Positions 49,381-59,324 of a stretch of DNA of 64,000 nt are shown here, one piece after another. The notes under the pieces were generated by a model that was not told the origin of the DNA, made no database searches, and saw only the letters and a program-made list of their open reading frames with translations. Origin of the DNA: Kofleriaceae bacterium (GTDB lineage Bacteria > Myxococcota_A > Polyangia > Haliangiales > Haliangiaceae). The position numbers and the translations under genes are program-made. The stretch's first letter is position 1. The number at the start of each line of letters is the position of its first letter. The stretch lies in assembly GCA_036271975.1 (NCBI GenBank), contig DATAZP010000045.1, forward strand, positions 18,018 to 82,017, in the 5' to 3' direction.

Positions 49381-51056
49381 AGCGTCCCCTGGCGATCGCG
49401 CTCGACGAGCGCCTTCTTGTCGACCTTGCCGTTGTTGTTCTTCGGCAGGTCGTCGACGAACACGATCCACCGCGGGTACTTGTGCTTGCTGAGCCGCGCC
49501 TGCACGTGCGCCTGCAGCTCCTTCGCGAGCTCGCCGCGATCACGGCCGCGCGCCTCGGGCCGCAGGATCACGACGGCCTTCGGCTTGAGCAGGCCCTGGT
49601 CCTCGGCCGGAATGACGGCGACGACCGACACCGCGTCGTGCGCGAGCAGGCAGTCCTCGACCTCGCGCGGCGCGACGAAGATGCCGCCGCTCTTGAACAG
49701 GTCGTCGGCGCGACCGGAGAACCACAGGTAGCCGCGCGCGTCGATCGAGAACAGATCGCCGGTGCGGCACCAGTGGCCGTGGAACGTCTTCCAGCTCTTG
49801 TCGCGATCCTGGAAGTAGCCGTGCGCGACCGAGTCGCCGCGCACCCACAGCACGCCGATCTCGCCCGGCGGCAGCTCGGCGCCACCGGCCGCGTCGGCGT
49901 CCTCGGGCAGGATCGCGAGGCGATAGCCGTCGACGACGCGCCCGAGCGAGCCCGGCATGACGTCGCCCGGCCGGTTGCTGCAGTAGATGTGGAACATCTC
50001 GGCGCTGCCGATGCCGTCGTAGACGTCGTTCGTGCCGCCGGCGCCGAAGCGCTCGCTGAACCGCCGCAGCAGCGGCTCGGGCAGCGCCTCGCCGGCGCTG
50101 AGGTGGAAGCGCACGCTCGACAGGTCGAGGCCGGGCTCGCCGCGCGCGCGGCGCTCGTCGTCGAGGTCGAGCAGCTTGCCGAGCATCGTCGGCACGTTCG
50201 TGACGATGGTCGGCCGGTAGCGCGCGATCGCGGCGGCGACCGAGTCGGCGGTCGGCCGCTCGCTGAACAGGCCGACCGTCGCGCCGACCGCGAACGGGAA
50301 CCACAGGTTGGTGCCGGTCGCGTAGCCGAAGAACAGGCGCGGCACGCTGACCGTGATGTCGTCGGCGCGGTAGCCGACCGTGCCCTTCGCGTAGACCTCG
50401 GTGTTGAACGCGAAGTCGCGGTGGCTGTGCATCGCGGCCTTCGGGCGGCCGGTCGAGCCCGACGTGAACAGCCAGATCGCCGGATCGTCGCGGCGGGTCG
50501 TCGGCAGCCGCGTCGCGAGCTCGCGGCCGCGCGCGATCGCGACGTCGAGCGACACGCACGTGCGGCCGTGCGCCGCGACCTCGGCGGGTACGCCGACCGA
50601 CGCCTCGCAGTCGCTGCCGGTCGGCGCGTCGGGCGACAGCAGCACCGCGCGTAGGTGCGGCAGCTCGGCGAGCGGCAGCGACGCGGCGACCTCGGGCGTC
50701 GTGATCAGCACCGCGGCGCGGACGTAGTCGAGCACGTAGCGCAGGTCGTCGGCCGGCGCGTTCGGGTTGCCCATCGCGAGCACGCCGCCGGCGGCGAGCA
50801 GGCCGAAGATCGACCACGCGAACGGCGGCGTGTCGGGGAGCACGACGTAGACGCGCTGCTCGGGCTGGAGCCCGGCGTCGACGAGCCAGCGCGCGAGCGC
50901 GCGGCTGCGGTCGGCGACGTCGTCGTAGGTCCACGCGCGATCGCCGAAGCGCAGCGCGGGGTGCGCGCCCCTGCCCTCGCGGAGGCGATCGAACAGGAAG
51001 TAGTCGGCGAGGTTGAGCTCGTCGGGGAACGTCGGGCCGGCCTTCGCGTCGCTCAC
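49377..51056 (-). CDS. Benzoate-CoA-ligase-family acyl-CoA synthetase (559 aa)
   Basis: NLADYFLFDRL, LFTSGSTGRPKAAMHSHRD, RLFFGYATGTNLWFPFAVGAT, YRTGD-like CRTGDLF, a C-terminal GKVDKK. The GTG start overlaps the upstream stop (GTGA). Confidence 0.8.
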   Translation of the reverse strand: MSDAKAGPTFPDELNLADYFLFDRLREGRGAHPALRFGDRAWTYDDVADRSRALARWLVDAGLQPEQRVYVVLPDTPPFAWSIFGLLAAGGVLAMGNPNAPADDLRYVLDYVRAAVLITTPEVAASLPLAELPHLRAVLLSPDAPTGSDCEASVGVPAEVAAHGRTCVSLDVAIARGRELATRLPTTRRDDPAIWLFTSGSTGRPKAAMHSHRDFAFNTEVYAKGTVGYRADDITVSVPRLFFGYATGTNLWFPFAVGATVGLFSERPTADSVAAAIARYRPTIVTNVPTMLGKLLDLDDERRARGEPGLDLSSVRFHLSAGEALPEPLLRRFSERFGAGGTNDVYDGIGSAEMFHIYCSNRPGDVMPGSLGRVVDGYRLAILPEDADAAGGAELPPGEIGVLWVRGDSVAHGYFQDRDKSWKTFHGHWCRTGDLFSIDARGYLWFSGRADDLFKSGGIFVAPREVEDCLLAHDAVSVVAVIPAEDQGLLKPKAVVILRPEARGRDRGELAKELQAHVQARLSKHKYPRWIVFVDDLPKNNNGKVDKKALVERDRQGTL

Positions 51057-52246
51057 GGGGATTTCGGTTTATCACGGCGCGCGCCGACGAGCGCGCGGCC
51101 GATGATGGTCCGCTGGATCTCGCTGGTGCCCTCGTAGATGCGCAGCGGCCGGATCGCGCGGTACAGGTGCTCGACGACGTGGCCGGCCATCACGCCGCGC
51201 CCGCCGAGCAGCTGGACGGCGCGGTCGATCACGCGCTGCGCGGCCTCGGTCGCGCCGAGCTTGGCGATCGAGACCTCGGTCGTCACGCGACCGTCGGAGG
51301 TGTCCTTGCGGTGCGCGGCGCGCAGCACGAGCAGGCGCGCGGCGTCGAGGTCGACGACCATGTCGGCGAGGTGCGCTTGCACGAGCGGCTGCTCGCCGAG
51401 CGTCTTGCCGAACTGCACGCGCGTGGACACGAAGGCGATCGCCTCGTCGAGCGCGCGCCGCGCCATGCCGACCGCCGCGGCGCCGACCGATACCCGGAAG
51501 GTGTCGAGCGTCTGCATCGCCAGGCGCATGCCGTGGCCGGGCTCGCCGACGCGCGCGTCGGCCGGCACGATCGCGCCGCGCAGCTGGAGGCCGCCGATCG
51601 GGTGCGGCGCGATCGCGGTCATCGGCACGACGGTCACGCCCGGCGTCGCGAGCGGGACCCAGAACGCGGTCAGGCCCGCGCCGCCGAGGGTTGGCTCGGT
51701 CGATCGACCGTCCGCGCCGCCGGCCGGACCTTGGCGGGCGAACACGACGGCGTGGTCGGCGATGCCGAGGTTCGAGATGAACAGCTTGTCGCCGTCGAGT
51801 CGCCAGCCGTCGGCGCACGGCGTCGCGCGCGTCGCGATCGCGGCAACGTCGGAGCCGGCCTCGGGCTCGGTCAGCGCGAACGCGGCGACGCTGGCGCCGC
51901 GCGCGAGCGCCGGCAGCTGCGCGCGCTGCCCCGGCGAGCCCGCGACGAGCAGCGGGTGCGAGCCGAGGCCCTGCACCGCGAGGATCGAGTCGGCTCTCGC
52001 CGAGCAGTAGCCGAGCATCTCGCGCGCGAGGCACAGGCTCCGCGAGTCGACGCGGCCGTCCGCCGGCACGACGATCTCGAACAGGCCGCTCGCCGCGAGG
52101 TGCGCGACCGCGGCGCGATCGCGCGCCGCCTCGTCGGCGTGAGCCTCGGCGGCCTCGAACCCGGCGGCCGCGGCGCGCAGGCGCTCGGCGAGCTCGCGGT
52201 GGCGCGGCTCGAAGAACATGCCGAGGTCGTCGGACGACAGCTTCAT
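51053..52246 (-). CDS. Acyl-CoA dehydrogenase (397 aa)
   Basis: C-terminus of track ORF 51053..52708, from the ATG at 52246: ALTEPEAGSD, FISN, RIYEGTSEIQ. Confidence 0.85.
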   Translation of the reverse strand: MKLSSDDLGMFFEPRHRELAERLRAAAAGFEAAEAHADEAARDRAAVAHLAASGLFEIVVPADGRVDSRSLCLAREMLGYCSARADSILAVQGLGSHPLLVAGSPGQRAQLPALARGASVAAFALTEPEAGSDVAAIATRATPCADGWRLDGDKLFISNLGIADHAVVFARQGPAGGADGRSTEPTLGGAGLTAFWVPLATPGVTVVPMTAIAPHPIGGLQLRGAIVPADARVGEPGHGMRLAMQTLDTFRVSVGAAAVGMARRALDEAIAFVSTRVQFGKTLGEQPLVQAHLADMVVDLDAARLLVLRAAHRKDTSDGRVTTEVSIAKLGATEAAQRVIDRAVQLLGGRGVMAGHVVEHLYRAIRPLRIYEGTSEIQRTIIGRALVGARRDKPKSP

Positions 52247-53067
52247 GCCTTGGTGACCTCGGGCTCGGGCGCGCCGGCGAACCGCGGCGGGCGCTTGTCC
52301 TTGAACGCGACGTGCGCCTCGCCGAAATCGGGGTGCTGCATGCACAGCGCCTGCGCCTGCGCCTCGGCCTCGATCGCCGCGGCGAGCTCCATCTGGTGCT
52401 CGCTCTCGATCATCTGCTTCGTCATCGCGTGCGCGAACGCCGGCCCCGCCGCGAGCCGCGCCGCCCACTCGCGCGCCATCGCGACCGCCGCCGCGCCGTC
52501 CGGCACCACGCGGTTGACGAGCCCGATCGCGAGCGCGCGCTCGGCGTCGACGAGGTCGCCGAAGAACAGCAGCTCGCTCGCGTGCGTCAGCCCGACGATC
52601 CGCGGCAGCAGGTACGTGATGCCCATGTCCGCGCCGCACAGGCCGACCTTGGGGAACACGAAGCCGAAGCGCGCGTTCGCCGCCGCGATGCGGAAGTCGC
52701 TCGCGCACGCGATCACCGCGCCCGCGCCGACCGCGACGCCGTTGACGGCGGCGATCACCGGCCGCCGGCAGCGCCGGATCGCGGCGATCAGCCGGCCGGT
52801 CGCGCGCGTGAACGCGAGCAGCGCCGGCGTGTCGCGCCCCAGCAGGTGCTTGATGATGTCGTCCTGGTCGCCGCCGCTGCAGAAGCCGCGGCCGCGCCCG
52901 GTGATCACGACCGCGCGCACGTCGACCTCGCGATCGAGCTGCTCGAACGTCTCGGCGAGCTCTTGATAGATCTCGAACGTGAGCGAGTTCAGCCGCTGCT
53001 CGCGATCGAGCGTGATCGTCGCGACGCCGCGCGCGAGCTCGTAGTGGAACGTGTCCGCGCGGATCAT
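52243..53067 (-). CDS. Enoyl-CoA hydratase/isomerase (crotonase) family (274 aa)
   Basis: ATITLDREQRLNSL, VVITGRGRGFCSGGD, AAVNGVAVGAGAVIACASD. ATGA overlaps at both ends. Confidence 0.85.
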   Translation of the reverse strand: MIRADTFHYELARGVATITLDREQRLNSLTFEIYQELAETFEQLDREVDVRAVVITGRGRGFCSGGDQDDIIKHLLGRDTPALLAFTRATGRLIAAIRRCRRPVIAAVNGVAVGAGAVIACASDFRIAAANARFGFVFPKVGLCGADMGITYLLPRIVGLTHASELLFFGDLVDAERALAIGLVNRVVPDGAAAVAMAREWAARLAAGPAFAHAMTKQMIESEHQMELAAAIEAEAQAQALCMQHPDFGEAHVAFKDKRPPRFAGAPEPEVTKA

Positions 53068-53468
53068 TCGGCGTGCTCCAGGTACGCGATGCAGCAGATC
53101 TCGAGCAGCGCCTGCGGCTCGACGAGCGAGCTCACGCCGATCACCGCCATCGCCGGGTAGTGGTTCTGGAACCGCGCGCGCCAGATCGGCCCGATGTCGC
53201 GGCGGCGCGCGCGATACGCCTCCATGTCGGTGACGTAGATCGTCATCGTCGCGATGTCCTCGTGGCGGCCGTGCGCGGCGTGCAGCACGGCGATCACGTT
53301 GTCGAGCGCCTGCGCGAACTGCAGGACGAAGTCGTCGCTCTCGAACACGCCGTGCGGCGTCCACCCGATCTGGCCCGCGATGTGGAGCGGACGCCCGTTG
53401 CCGATGCGGCCGTTGGAGTAGCCGACCGCCTTGGGCCACGCGTCGACGTTGATGAACTCGGTGCTCAT
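53064..53468 (-). CDS. RidA/YjgF/UK114-family protein (134 aa)
   Basis: Size and blocks (GRPLHIAGQIG, ATMTIYVTDM, PAMAVIGVSSLVEPQALLEI) are typical of the RidA fold. Confidence 0.75.
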   Translation of the reverse strand: MSTEFINVDAWPKAVGYSNGRIGNGRPLHIAGQIGWTPHGVFESDDFVLQFAQALDNVIAVLHAAHGRHEDIATMTIYVTDMEAYRARRRDIGPIWRARFQNHYPAMAVIGVSSLVEPQALLEICCIAYLEHAE

Positions 53469-53475
53469 GGCCGCC

Positions 53476-54228
53476 TCATTTCAGGATCGCTCCGCCGTCG
53501 ATGACGACGGTCTGCCCGTGGATGCCGCGCGCGTTGTCGTCGCACAGCATCAGCGTCGCGTGCGCGACCTCGTCGGGCGTGATCAGCCGACGCTGCGGGC
53601 TCATCGCCGCGAGCGTCGCCCGCGCGTCGGCCTCGGCGCGCCCGGTCTTCGCGGCGATGCGCGCGACCGCCTCGTCGACCATGCGGGTCTCGACCCAGCC
53701 CGGGCACAGCGCGTTCACGGTGACGCCGGTGCGCGCGAGGTCGATCGCGAGCGCGCGCGTCAGGCCGACGAGCGCGTGCTTCGCGGCGCAGTACGCGGCC
53801 GTGTACGCGTAGCCGCTGACGCCGGCGTTCGACGCGATGTTGACGATCCGCCCCCACTTCGCGGCGACCATCGGCGGCACGAGCGCGCGCGTGACGCGGA
53901 ACGGCGCGGTCGCGTCGAGCTCGAGGATGCGATCCCACATGTCGTCGGACGTCCGGTCGAGCGCGGCGCTCTCGGCGGCGCCCGCGTTGTTGACGAGGAT
54001 GTCGACCGCGCCGACCTCGGCGAGCATGCGATCGGTCGACGCGCGGTCGGCGAGGTCCGCGCGCACCGCGGTGCCGGCGATCGCCGCGGCGACCCGGTCG
54101 AGGTCCGCGCCGCCGCGCCCGCACACCGTCACGCTCGCGCCGGCCGCCGCGAGCGCGCGCGCGATCGCCTCGCCGATGCCGCGCCCGCCGCCGGTGACGA
54201 GCGCGCGCTTGCCCTGCAAGCTGGTCAT
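53476..54228 (-). CDS. Short-chain dehydrogenase/reductase (250 aa)
   Basis: ALVTGGGRGIG, NNAG, the YTAAYCAAK (YxxxK) motif, PGWVET. Confidence 0.85.
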   Translation of the reverse strand: MTSLQGKRALVTGGGRGIGEAIARALAAAGASVTVCGRGGADLDRVAAAIAGTAVRADLADRASTDRMLAEVGAVDILVNNAGAAESAALDRTSDDMWDRILELDATAPFRVTRALVPPMVAAKWGRIVNIASNAGVSGYAYTAAYCAAKHALVGLTRALAIDLARTGVTVNALCPGWVETRMVDEAVARIAAKTGRAEADARATLAAMSPQRRLITPDEVAHATLMLCDDNARGIHGQTVVIDGGAILK

Positions 54229-54245
54229 GGGCCGGGAATATCACG

Positions 54246-55427
54246 TCAGCGCACCACCAGGTTCACGCCCGCGGCGCGCAGCGCGGCGGCGGCGTCCGGC
54301 GAGATGCGGCAGTCGCGCAGCTCGAACCGGTCGAGCGCGCGCACCACCGGCGACCCGGTCACGAACCCGGCGAGCTCGGTGCCGAACGCGACCTCGTCGA
54401 GCGTCACGCTGCGCAGCGCGGGCAGCGCGACGGCGCCGCCGAGCAGCATCGCGAGCTCGCCCGCGGTGACGGTCGACCGCGAGCCGACCTCGAGGGCGAG
54501 GGTCGTCAGCCGCGGCCACGGCGCGCGCACGATCGCCGCGAGCTGCTGCGGCGACATCCGCGGCACGTGGAGCGCGAACGACCGGGCGCTCGGGATCGCG
54601 AGCCCGTCGAGCCCGACGTCGTCGCCGGTGATCGCCAGCTCGGCGAGCGCCGGGAACCGCGTCCCGATCGCGCCGAGCTCGCCGATCGCCGACGGCTCGC
54701 GCCGCAGCGTCCAGTCGCCGAGCACGAGCGACCGCAGCGGCGGCGCCGGCTCGGCCGTCATCACGAGATCGACCAGCAGCCGGAGGTCGCACGCCGCGTC
54801 GCCGCGGATCGCGAGCTCCTGCAGGTAGCGCGCGAGCGGGTGGCGCAGCAGCTCCCACACCAGCTGCGTGGCGTCGTCGCGCTCGAGCTGGCCGCCGATC
54901 GCGGCGGACACGATCAGCCCGTGCGCGAGCCGCGCCTCGAGCTGCGGTGCGCCGGGGCGAAGGCGCGCCGCGTCGCCCAGCCGGTCGTCGAGCGGCGCCA
55001 GGGCGTCGTGGCGAACGCGCGCGGCCTCGGCGATCTGGTCGCGGCGCGGCCGGGTCGGCCCGCGGTCCGCGGCGAGCCACGCCGCGAGCGGCGTGCCGTG
55101 CTCGCCCAGCCAATCGGCCCACACCGCGACGACATCCGCGTCGACCGACTCGCGCAGCCGCGCGTCGAGCTCGGCGTGGTGCGGGACCGGCGCGTGAGCG
55201 ACCTCGCGCGCCGGGTCGTGGACGCGCATCCAGCCGCCGAGGATCAGCGTGCGCTGCATGTCGCGGTACGCGTCGTCCGGCGGAGGCGTGCTGCGCCACC
55301 GCAGCTGGGGCTCGCCGTCGTCGCGGCGCGACCAGATCTCGGAGGCGTCCTCGAGGCGCTCGGCCCACGGCTCGCCGCGGACGAGCCACAGCTCGAGGGT
55401 CTCGCCGCCGCGCTGGAACCGCGCCAC
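54246..55427 (-). CDS. WGR-like + TIGR02996-like + LRR protein, paralog of 12021..13058 (393 aa)
   Basis: GTG at 55427 gives (M)ARFQRGGETLELWLVRGEP, parallel to MRVFERDGERVEIEVHEL of the paralog. It also has VAVWADWLGEHGTP and C-terminal LRR-like units (LRSLVLG, LAELAITG, LTTLALEV, LRSVTLD). Confidence 0.6.
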   Translation of the reverse strand: MARFQRGGETLELWLVRGEPWAERLEDASEIWSRRDDGEPQLRWRSTPPPDDAYRDMQRTLILGGWMRVHDPAREVAHAPVPHHAELDARLRESVDADVVAVWADWLGEHGTPLAAWLAADRGPTRPRRDQIAEAARVRHDALAPLDDRLGDAARLRPGAPQLEARLAHGLIVSAAIGGQLERDDATQLVWELLRHPLARYLQELAIRGDAACDLRLLVDLVMTAEPAPPLRSLVLGDWTLRREPSAIGELGAIGTRFPALAELAITGDDVGLDGLAIPSARSFALHVPRMSPQQLAAIVRAPWPRLTTLALEVGSRSTVTAGELAMLLGGAVALPALRSVTLDEVAFGTELAGFVTGSPVVRALDRFELRDCRISPDAAAALRAAGVNLVVR

Positions 55428-55447
55428 GCCGTAGCGTACGCCAGAGC

Positions 55448-58069
55448 TCAGTGCACGACCGGCGCCGCGACCAGCACGTGCACCGAGCCGTTGTCGTTGA
55501 CCACGAGGTCGGTCGTGCCGTTGCCGTCGAGGTCTGCGGCGGCGATCGTCGCCTCGAACGAGGACAGCGGCAGGATCGGCGCGGCCGCCGGCGTGAACGC
55601 GCGCGCGCCCTGGTCGAACACGTAGACGCCCTGCTGGTAGACCACCGCGAGCTCGAGCTCGGGATCCGCGTCCACGTTGAGCGCCACGACGTCGAACGGC
55701 TCGCCGGCGCCCGCGCTCGGCAGCACCGCGGTCGTCGCGAAGCCGCCCGCGCCGTCGCCGAACATCACGACGACGCCGCTGTTCTTCGCCTCGCACGGGT
55801 CCGTGGTCGAGCCATCCTTCGCGATGCAGCTCGCGCTGTCACCGGCGAACACCGCGAGCACGTCGAGGTGGCCGTCGCCGTCGACGTCGGCGACGTGCAG
55901 GCTCTTGATGAACTCCTGCGGCAACCCGGTCTGGATCGCCGCCACCGTCGACTTCGTGCCGGTCGTGGGCGTGACCAGCAGCTCCTGCGCGGCCGGCCCG
56001 ATGCCGCCGAGGCTGCGCTGCGGGTCGCACGCCTGCAGCGCGATCACCTCGTCGATGCCGTCGCCGTCGACGTCGCCGTGCGTGTAGACCGTGCATGCGT
56101 TGGCGTCGAACCGGCTCTCCACGCCGAGCGCGTCGACGTCCACCCGCCGGTCGCCCGGGTAGTTGCCGTCGAGCGGGAAGTCGAACACCTCGAGCTCGTG
56201 GAGCGCGGGGGTGGGCCGTTGGAACGGGGTCAGGAGCTCGTCGGTGGCTGCCGATCCGGTGAACCGGCCGCCGAGCACGGCCGGCGTCTCGAGCGTCAGC
56301 CCGAAGTTCGACAGCATCGTCCGGCCCGCGTTGCCGAGCAGGAGCGTCGCCTGCAACGGGTTGGCCACCACGACGATGTCCGTGATCGAGTCCTCGGTCG
56401 TGAAGAACTCCGGGTTCGCGGTCTGATCCGGGCCGAGCAACACGGGCTCCGCGTACTGGAGCGCGGGCCAGCTCGCGATCTTCGTCGGCGCGGCCGGGAC
56501 GCCGGTCGTCGTGCCGTACAGGATGTACATCGTCGAGTCCGCGGAGCCGTCCTGGATCACGAACATCACGTCGTCGACGCGGTCACCGTCGTAGTCGCCG
56601 ACGCGCAGGTTGATCGGCGCGCCCGGCGTGAGCACGAACGCCTGATCGAACACGCCGTCGGAGCCGCCGTAGTCGATCGCGAGCCCGGTCGTCGAGTTCA
56701 TCACGACGTCACGGATGCCGTCGCGGTTGAGGTCCGGCGTCACGGTCTCGCACAGCGCCGGGTGAACGCACGCGTTCGGGACCTTGCCGGCGAGCTGGAA
56801 CCCGCTGTCGGTGCGCGTGAAGATCTGGCTGCCTTCGAACGCCACCACGTCGGCGCGCGCGTCGCCGGCGAGGTTGGCGAGCAAGAAGTCGCCGTTGAAG
56901 TCGTTCGCGAACGTGCCCGCGATGTTCAGGAACTGGTCGAACTCGGGGTCGACGGCCGGCACGCCCCACGCGCCGGAGCCGTGGTTGAGCGCGACCGCGA
57001 CGTGCGTCGTCGTGTCGGGCAGCACCACGAGCGCCGCGAGGTCGAGCCTGCCGTCGCCGTCGATGTCGGCGATCTGCACGGGCGACTGGAGCGTCCCCGG
57101 CCAGCCCGCGATGTCGACCGCCGCGGTCAAGGTCGCCGGCAGCCCGGTCCCGATGCCGTTCACCGGCTTCGCCGTGAGCACGTGGACGACGGTCTCGCCG
57201 AAGAACCCGACCACGATCTCGTCGCCGCCGATGCTCGGCCGCGGGTCGAGGTCGGCGACCGGGAAGTTCACCGGACCGGTCCCGGTGAACAGGAACTTGT
57301 GGCCGCTGAACGTGATCGGGTTCGGATCGGCCGCGAGCGTCGTGAACAGGTTGTTCGGCTGATCGAACGACAGCGTCGTGTGGTCGTTGAAGAACGACAC
57401 GTGCAGCATCTCGTGGAACGGCGACGTCGGATCCGGGTGCATCGGGACCTCGAGATCGCCGTTCGAGAACGAGCCCGCGGGCGGCGCGAAGCTCGGCGAC
57501 GTCTGAGACACCAGCGTCCCGTCGGTCGCCCCGCGCATGATGGCGATGCCTTGCTCGGTATCGATCCCGAGGTCGGCGATGCCGTCGCCGTCGAAGTCGC
57601 CGACGCCGAGCTGGCCGTTGTACGCGACCGCGAACGCCGTACCGGTCGGGAACGTGCCGTCGTGCGCCGGCGACCCGTACGCGATGCGCGCGCCGTCGAA
57701 GTTGGCGGCGGTCAACACGTCGGGCACGCCGTCGCCGTTGAAGTCGGCGACGCTCGTCGCCTCGAACTCGCCCGCGAACGGCGAGCTCTTCGCCTCCGCG
57801 AACGCGCCCGTCGACTGCCGGCACACGCCGTCCGAGCTACAGCCGTAGCTCGGCGGGCACGCGTCCGACGCCGCGCACGTGAAGTGGCACGCGTTGGCCT
57901 CGCCGGGCGCGGCGCACGTGCCGACCTGACCGGCGAACGGCTCGCAGTCCTCGCCGGCCTCGACGACACCGTTGCCGCAGTCCGCGGGCGTCAGCGCGTC
58001 CGGCGACGCGCACGACGCCACGAACCCTCCGAGGACCACCGCGAACGCGCATGCAACCTGGCTCCGCAT
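55448..58069 (-). CDS. FG-GAP/VCBS-repeat (integrin-alpha-like propeller) lipoprotein with N-terminal myxococcal Cys-rich repeat (873 aa)
   Basis: Lipobox GFVASC; CGNGVVEAGEDCE; many repeats such as DFNGDGVPDV, GDFDGDGIADL, ADIDGDGRLDL, DVDGDGIDEV, ADVDGDGHLDV, ADLDGNGTTDL. Confidence 0.85.
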   Translation of the reverse strand: MRSQVACAFAVVLGGFVASCASPDALTPADCGNGVVEAGEDCEPFAGQVGTCAAPGEANACHFTCAASDACPPSYGCSSDGVCRQSTGAFAEAKSSPFAGEFEATSVADFNGDGVPDVLTAANFDGARIAYGSPAHDGTFPTGTAFAVAYNGQLGVGDFDGDGIADLGIDTEQGIAIMRGATDGTLVSQTSPSFAPPAGSFSNGDLEVPMHPDPTSPFHEMLHVSFFNDHTTLSFDQPNNLFTTLAADPNPITFSGHKFLFTGTGPVNFPVADLDPRPSIGGDEIVVGFFGETVVHVLTAKPVNGIGTGLPATLTAAVDIAGWPGTLQSPVQIADIDGDGRLDLAALVVLPDTTTHVAVALNHGSGAWGVPAVDPEFDQFLNIAGTFANDFNGDFLLANLAGDARADVVAFEGSQIFTRTDSGFQLAGKVPNACVHPALCETVTPDLNRDGIRDVVMNSTTGLAIDYGGSDGVFDQAFVLTPGAPINLRVGDYDGDRVDDVMFVIQDGSADSTMYILYGTTTGVPAAPTKIASWPALQYAEPVLLGPDQTANPEFFTTEDSITDIVVVANPLQATLLLGNAGRTMLSNFGLTLETPAVLGGRFTGSAATDELLTPFQRPTPALHELEVFDFPLDGNYPGDRRVDVDALGVESRFDANACTVYTHGDVDGDGIDEVIALQACDPQRSLGGIGPAAQELLVTPTTGTKSTVAAIQTGLPQEFIKSLHVADVDGDGHLDVLAVFAGDSASCIAKDGSTTDPCEAKNSGVVVMFGDGAGGFATTAVLPSAGAGEPFDVVALNVDADPELELAVVYQQGVYVFDQGARAFTPAAAPILPLSSFEATIAAADLDGNGTTDLVVNDNGSVHVLVAAPVVH

Positions 58070-59289
58070 CAGAACCTCCCCGTGTAAGCGAACGTCATGC
58101 CGCCCGCGGTGGGCGCGGCGGTGATCAGCGGCGCCTGCCGCGCTTCGACGCGCGGGTTGTCGCTGTAGTACAGGAACACGCCGGCCGCGAGCAGCGCCGC
58201 GGCGCCGCCGTACAGCACGTACGACGCCGTGGTGTCGCGATCGAAGGCGTGCACGTGCTGGTCCTGCTCCGCGAGCTGCTGCGGCGTCAGGTTGCCGGTG
58301 CGGCGCGCGTTCGCGAGGTCGTCGGCGTCCGAGCGCGCGGCGAGCGCGAACCCGGTCGTCGCGAGCCCGGCGAGCGCGAGCGCGCCCGCGCCGCCCGCGA
58401 GGTAGTACGCGGCGCGCCGCTGGCCGGTCTGGTGGAGCGTGCCGGCGCTGATCGACACGGTCTCGCCGCGCGCGAGCGCGACCTCGCGGCTGTACGGCTC
58501 GTGGCCGCGCTCCGTGATCGCGACGAAGTGCTTGCCGGCGGGGACGGCGACCGGCGCGAGCGGCGCGACGCCGACCGGCTTGCCGTCGATCTCGATCGCC
58601 GCGCCCGACGGCGCGGTGATCGCCAGCGCGCCCGGCCGCTCGCGCAGCTGGACCTCGAACGCGACCAGGCGGCCGTCGACGGCGTCGAGCTCGGTGTCCT
58701 CGGGATAGAAGCCGTCGGCCTCGACGTGCACCTTGTGCTTGCCGGGCGTGACCTCGGCGAGCGCCGGGATCGACGACGCGTCGCCGCGATCGATCGACAC
58801 CGACGCCTTCGGCGTGCGCGACGCGATCATCAGCTCGGTGCGCTTCGGCTCGACCGGCGCCGTCGTCTGCGTCGACGCGGAGTGGTCGGCGTCGAACCTG
58901 GCGACGGCCGGCGCGAGCTCGGCGAGGTACTTCACCGCCTCCTGGCGGTCGGCGCCCTCGTTGACCATCCCGACGTAGCCGCGGAGGATCTCCGCCGCGC
59001 GCTTCGCCTTGAGCGCGTCGTTGTCGACGAAGTACTGGTAGCGGTACGCCTTGCCGAGCGAGAACTTGACCGACGGCCGGTCGGGCACGATCGCGTACGC
59101 CTGCTCGAGCGCGCGGATCGCGATCGTGTAGCGGGCGTCGTCGAAGGCTTCGCGGCCGGCCTCGTAGTAGGCCTTCGCTTCGCCGAGCGCCTCGGGCGCC
59201 GGCGCGGCGGGTGGCGCGGCTGAATCGGGCTGCGCGAGCGCGAGCCGCGAGCAGCCGAGCGCGAGCGCGATGATGTGAGTGCGACGCAT
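58069..59289 (-). CDS. Secreted TPR-like + PEGA-domain protein with C-terminal TM segments (406 aa)
   Basis: Signal peptide. PEGA-like blocks: ASVSIDRGD...VTPGKHKVHVEADGF and AAIEIDGKPVG...VPAGKHFVAITERGHEP. The stop overlaps the next ATG by 1 nt (TGATG). Confidence 0.7.
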   Translation of the reverse strand: MRRTHIIALALGCSRLALAQPDSAAPPAAPAPEALGEAKAYYEAGREAFDDARYTIAIRALEQAYAIVPDRPSVKFSLGKAYRYQYFVDNDALKAKRAAEILRGYVGMVNEGADRQEAVKYLAELAPAVARFDADHSASTQTTAPVEPKRTELMIASRTPKASVSIDRGDASSIPALAEVTPGKHKVHVEADGFYPEDTELDAVDGRLVAFEVQLRERPGALAITAPSGAAIEIDGKPVGVAPLAPVAVPAGKHFVAITERGHEPYSREVALARGETVSISAGTLHQTGQRRAAYYLAGGAGALALAGLATTGFALAARSDADDLANARRTGNLTPQQLAEQDQHVHAFDRDTTASYVLYGGAAALLAAGVFLYYSDNPRVEARQAPLITAAPTAGGMTFAYTGRF

Positions 59290-59324
59290 GATGATCTCCG
59301 GTAGAGGGGGCTAGAACGGGTCGG

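Noticed and set aside
54947-58087. 1046-aa plus-strand ORF.
   Set aside because: It is antisense to the FG-GAP lipoprotein gene, whose repeated DxDGDG motifs and lipobox are unambiguous. Its composition is Arg-rich.
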